The notes under the pieces are model-generated. The model ran no database searches, had not been told where the DNA came from, and saw only the letters and a list, made by a program, of their open reading frames with translations. Made by a program: the position numbers and the translations under genes. 21,553 nucleotides of DNA from an uncultured Bdellovibrionales bacterium (GTDB lineage: Bacteria; Bdellovibrionota_C; UBA2361; SZUA-149; CAZDWZ01), in assembly GCA_964405665.1 (NCBI GenBank), contig CAYOOT010000033.1, positions 6,617 to 28,169 on the forward strand, read 5' to 3'. Shown here piece after piece: positions 15,978 through 21,553 of this stretch; the first letter of the stretch is position 1; each line of letters starts with the position of its first letter.

Positions 15978-16582
15978 TGGAAAAATTTAAAACATTTACG
16001 GGAAGAGTTTTACCTCTTCCGATGAAGGATGTGGATACGGATTTAATTATTCCGGCAAAGTATTTAACGACTGTTAGTAAGGAAGGCTTAGCCCAAGGTT
16101 TGTTTAGAAATCTCAGGGATAGCAATCCTGATTTTCCTTTAAATAATCCGAAGTATCAAGGAGCGGAAATCTTAGTTGCCGATACAAACTTTGGTAGTGG
16201 ATCTTCCAGAGAACATGCAGTCTGGGCCATTAAAAGCCATGGATTTAAAGTCGTAATTGCCAAATCCTTTGCTGATATTTTTTATAACAATAGCGCAAAA
16301 AATGGTTTGTTATTGGTTAAGCTTCCGGAAAATGTAGTTGATCAAATTCTAGAAGTCGCTATTTCCGGAAGTTATTCTCTAACTGTTGATTTAGAAAAAC
16401 AAGAAGTTAACTTACCAACTGAAGAAAAATATAATTTTCAATATGATTCTTTTTCCCGGCATTGTTTGCTTAATGGTTTAGATGAGCTTGATTATCTTAT
16501 TTCCAATAAAGAAAAAATTACTGCTTTTCAAAAAGCCCAAGAGAAGAATCGTTTTTATACAACATTAAAGGCAAATCAATAA
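15977..16582 (+). CDS. leuD: 3-isopropylmalate dehydratase small subunit
   Basis: 201 aa with the GSGSSREHA motif and a GGAGGG SD upstream. Genomic context between leuC and leuB. Confidence 0.9.
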   Translation: MEKFKTFTGRVLPLPMKDVDTDLIIPAKYLTTVSKEGLAQGLFRNLRDSNPDFPLNNPKYQGAEILVADTNFGSGSSREHAVWAIKSHGFKVVIAKSFADIFYNNSAKNGLLLVKLPENVVDQILEVAISGSYSLTVDLEKQEVNLPTEEKYNFQYDSFSRHCLLNGLDELDYLISNKEKITAFQKAQEKNRFYTTLKANQ

Positions 16583-16613
16583 ATGGTTTTGTTAAGTCAG
16601 GAGGCTGGAAGTT

Positions 16614-17693
16614 ATGGAACACAAAATTGTCGTATTACCGGGGGATGGAATTGGCGAGGAAGTAATGGAGCAAGCATTAAGAGTGCTGGCCGCCGTTTCT
16701 GAAAAATCAGGGAAGAAATTTATCACAAAACATGGCTATATTGGCGGTGCCGCCTGGGATAAATATGGCAAGCATTTTCCGGAAGAGACAAAAGAATTAG
16801 CCCATGATTGCGAAGCAATTTTATTCGGTTCCGTTGGCGGTCCGGTTAATGAGCAACATTTGGAAAAATGGAAAAACTGTGAGCGCGAAGCCTTGCTGGG
16901 GATACGAAAAGCTTTTAACTTCAATGCCAACTTTCGTCCGGTAAAAGTATTTCCCAGTTTAGTTGATATTTGTCCTTTAAAAAAAGAAGTAGTGCAAAAA
17001 GGTTTGGATATTCTTTTTATTCGAGAACTCTTGGGAGATCTTTATTTTGGTGAACATAAAACTTTTGTTAAAGACGGAAAGCGCTGTGCCAGTGATGTTG
17101 CCGAATATAACGAAGATCAAATTGCCTCGATTGCCAAAGTTGCTTTCGAAGCTGCGAGGATTAGGAAGAAAAAAGTTACCTCAGTGGATAAGGCCAATGT
17201 TTTGGATATTTCTAAGCTCTGGCGAGCAGTAGTAAAAGAAGTGGCTCAAAATTATCCCGATGTGGAACTTAATGATATGTTGGTTGATAATTGCGCAATG
17301 CAAATAATTATCAATCCTTCACAGTTTGATGTGATTGTTACTTCCAATATGTTTGGCGATATTTTATCCGATGCCGGCGCCGTGCTGCCGGGCTCTCTGG
17401 GTTTAATGCCTTCTGCCAGTTTTAACAAAGATGGTTTTGCCCTATATGAACCAATTGGCGGTTCAGCACCGGATCTTGCAAATCTGGGAGTTGCTAATCC
17501 GATTGCCCAAATTTTGTCCACTGCTTTAATGCTGCGATATTCATTTAAAATGGAAGAAGAAGCTCAAGCTATTGAATATGCAGTAGAAAGAACTTTAAAT
17601 GAAGGCTTTAGAACTAAAGATATCTGTCAAACGGGAAATACGCTGGTGGGTACTAAAGAAATCAGCAATAAAATTATAAGCTACTTAAAGTAG
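16614..17693 (+). CDS. leuB: 3-isopropylmalate dehydrogenase
   Basis: AGGAGG SD 9 nt upstream. N-terminal IVVLPGDGIGEEV and the IMDH signature NMFGDILSDAGAVLPGSLGLMPSAS. Confidence 0.9.
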   Translation: MEHKIVVLPGDGIGEEVMEQALRVLAAVSEKSGKKFITKHGYIGGAAWDKYGKHFPEETKELAHDCEAILFGSVGGPVNEQHLEKWKNCEREALLGIRKAFNFNANFRPVKVFPSLVDICPLKKEVVQKGLDILFIRELLGDLYFGEHKTFVKDGKRCASDVAEYNEDQIASIAKVAFEAARIRKKKVTSVDKANVLDISKLWRAVVKEVAQNYPDVELNDMLVDNCAMQIIINPSQFDVIVTSNMFGDILSDAGAVLPGSLGLMPSASFNKDGFALYEPIGGSAPDLANLGVANPIAQILSTALMLRYSFKMEEEAQAIEYAVERTLNEGFRTKDICQTGNTLVGTKEISNKIISYLK

Positions 17694-17761
17694 TGTCCTT
17701 ATTAAATTCTTAGCATCTTAACCTATTGGAAAGTGTTTTATCCCCCAATAGATTTTAAGTT

Positions 17762-18547
17762 ATGGACAGCAAAGAAGAAAAGACAATTGAGTATCCCGCT
17801 CTTGAAAAATGCATGATTGTCGAATCTCGTTTTTTAGTGCGACAAGAAATAGTAAATTCTATTAAAGCAAGCGCTTTATTTGAAAAGGTTCTGGAAGCTC
17901 AATCTTTAGCTGATGGTATTGAAAAAGTTAAAACAATTAAGTTAGATGCCTGCTTTGTTGGAACTTCGATTTCACCAAATGCAGTTGAAGTCTTTTTAGA
18001 TAAAGCATCAGCCACCAGTAAGTCCAAGAACTGCTCCTTTATTGTTGTAGTTAACGAGACAAATAAAGATGCCGTAAAACAATTTGCAAAGTCTCATGGA
18101 ATAATTAACTGGCCTTCTAATAGAGCAAATTTCTCCGCAAGCATAGTTCAATCGATAATTAAGGCCAATGAGAATAGTCCCTGGAAAGATTTATTAGCAT
18201 TAAGTAAACAAGAGGAAATAGAAGCCTTAGAAAAAAGGAAATATGATCCTCAAGTTGTGGCTTTAATTTTTGCTAATTGCGCTGAAGACTTAAGAAAAAT
18301 TAGTATTGCCATTAGAAGAAGAGAATATGGTCTGGATAAAACCGGTTTACCTGATCTTAGAGCAAAAAAAGACATTAATAATTTCGTCGATCAATTAACT
18401 GCCAAGTTTGAAAATGAGGAAGAAGCCGAAAAATTAAAAGAATTTTTTCAAAGAACTCTGTCTCAATGGGTGATTAATCAAATAGTTCTTTCCCCTCAGG
18501 AAGCAAAAGCAATTTTGGAGCATGACTGGTCGACTTTTGACGATTAG
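17762..18547 (+). CDS. hypothetical protein with degenerate receiver-like N-terminal domain and helical C-terminal domain
   Basis: 261 aa, 68 nt after leuB with no strong terminator between. The N-terminal approx. 120 aa have a CheY-like alternating beta/alpha hydrophobic pattern (CMIVESR..., LDACFVGTSISP, SFIVVVNETN) but lack the acidic pocket and phospho-acceptor Asp. This is pattern recognition only. Confidence 0.5.
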   Translation: MDSKEEKTIEYPALEKCMIVESRFLVRQEIVNSIKASALFEKVLEAQSLADGIEKVKTIKLDACFVGTSISPNAVEVFLDKASATSKSKNCSFIVVVNETNKDAVKQFAKSHGIINWPSNRANFSASIVQSIIKANENSPWKDLLALSKQEEIEALEKRKYDPQVVALIFANCAEDLRKISIAIRRREYGLDKTGLPDLRAKKDINNFVDQLTAKFENEEEAEKLKEFFQRTLSQWVINQIVLSPQEAKAILEHDWSTFDD

Positions 18548-19683
18548 TTTATTTTCAGCAAAGATCCTTTAGAATTTTTAATCGTTCTGAGTATGAAATT
18601 TTGTCCTTGAATATCTCCAGTGGCATCAAATTTAAATTTTCCTTCCGCACCGGCGATAACTTGAGTATCTAAAAATGCTTTTACATTAGAGGTTTCAAAA
18701 CCGACATTTTCGAATGCCTGAAAATAAGCTGTAAAAGCATTATAGGCTACCGCTAATAATGCTGCTGAATTTACACCATCAGGAAATAATTCTTGATATT
18801 TTGCAATAAAATCAGAATATGATTTTGTCGGGTTACTGATATCCGGCGTATCAAAATAAGTGACGTTTTCTTGTAAAGTATCTAAATTTTGAATGCTACT
18901 TTTTTCTCCTGGATTATAATAAGAATATATTTTTTGACTGATACCTAAGTTTTTCATATTTTTGATAATATTTTGATAAGTCGCCGGACTTCCGGCATTA
19001 ACATAGTAAGCATCCACATCCTTAGATTTTATTCTTAAAAGAGGACTACGTAATTCGGTTTCTTGAGGATTGATATCTTCTAAAACTAAATCTTTTTCAT
19101 TAAAATTCTTCTGTAATTCGTTTTTAATTGCTGCGGTGAAGGCCGAAGTTTCAGTGATTACCCCAAGTTTTTCTACGCCATGATTTTTTGCGTAATCGGA
19201 AATCAGTTTTACACCTTGATCAATAGAATAATAAGTTCTGTAAATATATTCTCCGGCTTTAGGAAGATCTGGATGAGATCCTAGAACGGAAATTAATAAA
19301 ATTTTGCTGGCCTCAATATAAGAAGCCATTTGCATTACTTCCCCGGTACAGCCGACAATAAGAAATTTAACTTTATCTTGTTCCAAAAGTTTTTTTGCAG
19401 CAGTAATTGCAGAATTTCCTTGTCCACACTGCCCGTCTTCTAAAAGGAATTTATAATGGATTTTTTCTGAAGGCGGCAAACTAGAAAAAACTTTAACTGC
19501 CCTCATTGTTTCCAGACCATAGGGAGCAGTTGGCCCCGTTAAGGGAATAATCACTCCGATTTTTATTTCCTGAGTATCCTGCACAAAGTTTTCTTTTTCA
19601 AAAAAATCATTTTTAAAAGAAATTATCAGAAGAAAAATAATAATTAGCAAAGAAAATGAAAGAAAAATAATAGCTTTTTTCAT
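18544..19683 (-). CDS. periplasmic binding protein, type-I / LivJ-like (branched-chain amino-acid ABC substrate-binding family), no adjacent permease or ATPase
   Basis: N-terminal hydrophobic signal/anchor, then IKIGVIIPLTGPTAPYGLETMRA, typical of the Leu/Ile/Val-binding protein family. AAGGAGAG SD. 23 nt downstream of the Cys-rich gene. Its 3' end overlaps the convergent gene by 4 nt. Confidence 0.75.
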   Translation of the reverse strand: MKKAIIFLSFSLLIIIFLLIISFKNDFFEKENFVQDTQEIKIGVIIPLTGPTAPYGLETMRAVKVFSSLPPSEKIHYKFLLEDGQCGQGNSAITAAKKLLEQDKVKFLIVGCTGEVMQMASYIEASKILLISVLGSHPDLPKAGEYIYRTYYSIDQGVKLISDYAKNHGVEKLGVITETSAFTAAIKNELQKNFNEKDLVLEDINPQETELRSPLLRIKSKDVDAYYVNAGSPATYQNIIKNMKNLGISQKIYSYYNPGEKSSIQNLDTLQENVTYFDTPDISNPTKSYSDFIAKYQELFPDGVNSAALLAVAYNAFTAYFQAFENVGFETSNVKAFLDTQVIAGAEGKFKFDATGDIQGQNFILRTIKNSKGSLLKIN

Positions 19684-19706
19684 AAGATTTTAATCAGTTA
19701 CTCTCC

Positions 19707-21392
19707 TTAATTAATATTATTTAAAAGATCATTAAAACATTTTTCGCAGTAAATTTTTTCTTTTTTTGCTGCGGGGTAGCTGCTTTTAATTGCCGTTCTG
19801 CAAAAATCGCAACTGCGGTCCCAAAGTTTTCTTTTATTACGCAATTGCATTCTATGAAATTGTCGGCAATCCGGACAATTTAGAGGCAAAGGCAGATTAA
19901 AATCTCTTAATCTTTTTAACTCTTGTTTGATAATTTTATAATTCTTGGAGCAAGCCTTGCAACTTAAAATTTCATCTACGATCGAATCATCAACTTCTCC
20001 GATTGTAGATGGCGGAACGTAAGACGAACTGCGATAATCTTTTTTGTCAGCATCTAGCCAATTAAAGCCTTTTTCCAGTGCTTCTTTTTTATCCAGAGGA
20101 AAATATTCTTGAGCGACGCTTTGGTTATAGCCAAAAGGACTAGCATTCGCAGGAAAGAAGTTTCCCCATTCTGCCGTATTTTTCATTTGCTCGGCAATTT
20201 TTGCAGTCAACTGATGATATTCTTCTTTGGAATATTGTTTGTTCAGAATACAATATTCCTTATGATGTAGTCCAACGCAGCCAAATAAATTTTTGGAGTA
20301 AGAGCAATTCTGGGAATAAGAAATATTCTGACTGTAAAAAATATAGATACTAAAAATTACCTGATAACTTTCAATCGCTCCCAACACTTGATAACATAAT
20401 TCCGGATTAATATAGAGATTAGAGCAATCCAGAATATCTTTGGTTTTTACACCCACTGTAAGATACTTACAATCCTCGCTATCAATTACATCATAACAAT
20501 CGGAACAATTTTTGGAATTTGTTAAAAAATCTCCACTGGAATTTTCACAATTGATAATATTGGAATATTTATGAAAACTATTTTCTCTCAGTTTATTTAG
20601 TTGTTCTTTGGCTTTTTCGATATTTTCTCGAGAACTTAAAATTGCATTGAACTTTTCCTTGAAAGTTTTCTTGTCCAGAGGCTGATTAAGGAAGTGATAT
20701 TCTTTGTTTTGCAGGTTAGTGCAGAATAAACAATTCTTGCAGCCTCTTAAATTTTCGGAAAAAAAACAGTCATTGGAATTTTGGCTATAGTAAAGATAAA
20801 AGCAATTATAACAGTGAGTGACATTAAAACATTCGTAGAGCAATTCCGAGTTATAGCAATAAGCACTGTCCACTACATCAGTGCAATCCTGAAATAATTT
20901 TCCGTAATAACAATCTTGGCAATTTTCTGAAGAGTTAATCAAATGACAGTTTTTAGAACAGGCAGTTCCTGTGGTATAAGGACAATTTTCATTGTTCATT
21001 TGCATCAGATTGATTTGGGGCACAGTTAAGAATAATTCTTGAAATTGGGTGAAAAATGGTTTTTTAAAATCATAAGCTTTGCCAAAATCCAAAGCATCCC
21101 AGGAATCACTCCACCATTGTTCGTGGGAATATATTTTATGGTCTTTGGAAAATGAAGCGTCTGGCGAATAAATGGAAATTAATTTTTTGCCATCAAGAGC
21201 TGATTTATTATGGTAAAAGAATTGTTCATTGCGATGAATTACTCTTCTTTGTAAGCGGCAATCTGGACAAAGTTCTGGGAGGGGCAAAGAAGATTTAGTG
21301 GCAGAAAAAACAGGACTTATTTTTTCAATAAATTCCAGCTCTGTCGCCTCTATTGTAAACTCGGCGCTGCAATCAGGACATTTTTTTTGCAT
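19707..21392 (-). CDS. cysteine-rich protein with duplicated zinc-ribbon modules at both termini and two internal blocks of about 9-residue Cys repeats; function unknown
   Basis: ATG at 21392; the track's 21395 is a TTG. N-terminus CPDC-x33-LPLPELCPDCRLQ; C-terminus CKAC-x23-LPLPLNCPDCRQF plus CDFC...CEKC. Internal blocks at about 20721-20984 and 20256-20549 have Cys spaced mostly 9 or 3 residues apart ([DEN]-C-[YF] nonapeptide-like). There is no CxxxCxxC radical-SAM or ferredoxin motif. Confidence 0.7.
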   Translation of the reverse strand: MQKKCPDCSAEFTIEATELEFIEKISPVFSATKSSLPLPELCPDCRLQRRVIHRNEQFFYHNKSALDGKKLISIYSPDASFSKDHKIYSHEQWWSDSWDALDFGKAYDFKKPFFTQFQELFLTVPQINLMQMNNENCPYTTGTACSKNCHLINSSENCQDCYYGKLFQDCTDVVDSAYCYNSELLYECFNVTHCYNCFYLYYSQNSNDCFFSENLRGCKNCLFCTNLQNKEYHFLNQPLDKKTFKEKFNAILSSRENIEKAKEQLNKLRENSFHKYSNIINCENSSGDFLTNSKNCSDCYDVIDSEDCKYLTVGVKTKDILDCSNLYINPELCYQVLGAIESYQVIFSIYIFYSQNISYSQNCSYSKNLFGCVGLHHKEYCILNKQYSKEEYHQLTAKIAEQMKNTAEWGNFFPANASPFGYNQSVAQEYFPLDKKEALEKGFNWLDADKKDYRSSSYVPPSTIGEVDDSIVDEILSCKACSKNYKIIKQELKRLRDFNLPLPLNCPDCRQFHRMQLRNKRKLWDRSCDFCRTAIKSSYPAAKKEKIYCEKCFNDLLNNIN

Positions 21393-21427
21393 CAATAAAA
21401 TATATTCTTATTGATGCAAATTGGCAA
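21386..21427 (-). promoter_or_regulatory. promoter (TTGCCA-17-TATATT) with embedded 13-bp-arm palindrome (operator candidate) spanning the -10, TSS and start codon; mRNA probably leaderless
   Basis: Palindrome arms are 21386-21398 and 21408-21420 (TTTGCATCAATAA / TTATTGATGCAAA) with a 9-nt spacer that contains the -10 (rc of 21399-21404). The -35 is the rc of 21422-21427. The ATG at 21392-21390 lies inside the left arm, and there is no SD. Confidence 0.45.
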
Positions 21428-21487
21428 CATCCTGTCGTTGGTAGCGAAGCAATCTTCTTGCATTAACCATGGCAATACTAATTATAA

Positions 21488-21510
21488 ATTTGGTAATAAG
21501 CGGACTTTAG
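21488..21510. repeat. partial, diverged copy of one arm of the 5551-5653 inverted repeat (TTTGGTAATAAGCGGACTTTAG)
   Basis: 18 consecutive nt are identical to the reverse complement of 5569-5586, and the GCGGACTTTAG core is shared. It diverges after that. It lies about 60-85 bp upstream of the -35 of the Cys-rich gene promoter. Confidence 0.7.
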
Positions 21511-21553
21511 GGCATCTCTAAAAATTAGGTAGAATAATTGTTTGGGATGTTTA

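Noticed and set aside
17723-17756. Possible terminator hairpin after leuB (CTATTGG...CCAATAG, 7-bp AT-rich stem, 15-nt loop, short T run)
   Set aside because: The stem is too weak and the loop too long for a confident intrinsic terminator. The downstream gene may be co-transcribed.
1-21553. Search for CRISPR arrays, tRNA/rRNA, integrase/transposase, and toxin-antitoxin pairs
   Set aside because: No regularly spaced direct repeats were found. No GC-rich cloverleaf-like segments appear in the AT-rich intergenic regions. No recombinase-like ORFs are present. The only repeats are the IR family and the 13-bp tandem repeat reported above.

Overview
This is an AT-rich bacterial chromosomal segment from a diderm-type organism, judged from lipoprotein signal peptides and an LPS heptose epimerase gene; the organism was not identified. 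Usable Shine-Dalgarno sites are present (AGGAGG, AAGGAGAG, AAGGAAA). I saw no rRNA, tRNA, CRISPR array or obvious transposase/integrase. The minus strand carries a co-directional, tightly spaced cluster themed on membrane stress and microdomains: a flotillin/SPFH protein, a GC-rich 27-bp perfect inverted repeat, a 3-TM membrane protein, LemA, a TPM-domain protein, an FAD oxidoreductase and cfa. The plus strand carries a gene for a predicted pseudokinase-FHA-TM protein with three 45-aa periplasmic repeats, followed 8 nt later by an HExxH membrane protein. hldD and a small Cys-containing lipoprotein overlap on the minus strand. A leuA-leuC-leuD-leuB operon follows, with translationally coupled TAATG junctions, preceded by what looks like a classical leucine attenuator: a sigma70-like promoter, a 35-codon leader ORF ending LSLSLLLLIIKI, a 2:3 antiterminator and a perfect 11-bp GC-rich intrinsic terminator. 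A degenerate-receiver-like gene sits at the end of the leu operon. The window ends with a two-gene minus-strand unit: a 561-aa cysteine-rich protein with duplicated zinc-ribbon modules at both termini and two blocks of about 9-residue Cys repeats, and an orphan LivJ-like periplasmic binding protein. This unit is driven by a promoter whose -10 and start codon are embedded in a 13-bp-arm palindrome, apparently leaderless. A partial third copy of the inverted-repeat arm lies upstream of that promoter. The candidates most worth follow-up are the Cys-rich/zinc-ribbon operon with its operator, the GC-rich nested-palindrome repeat family, and the pseudokinase-metallopeptidase pair.
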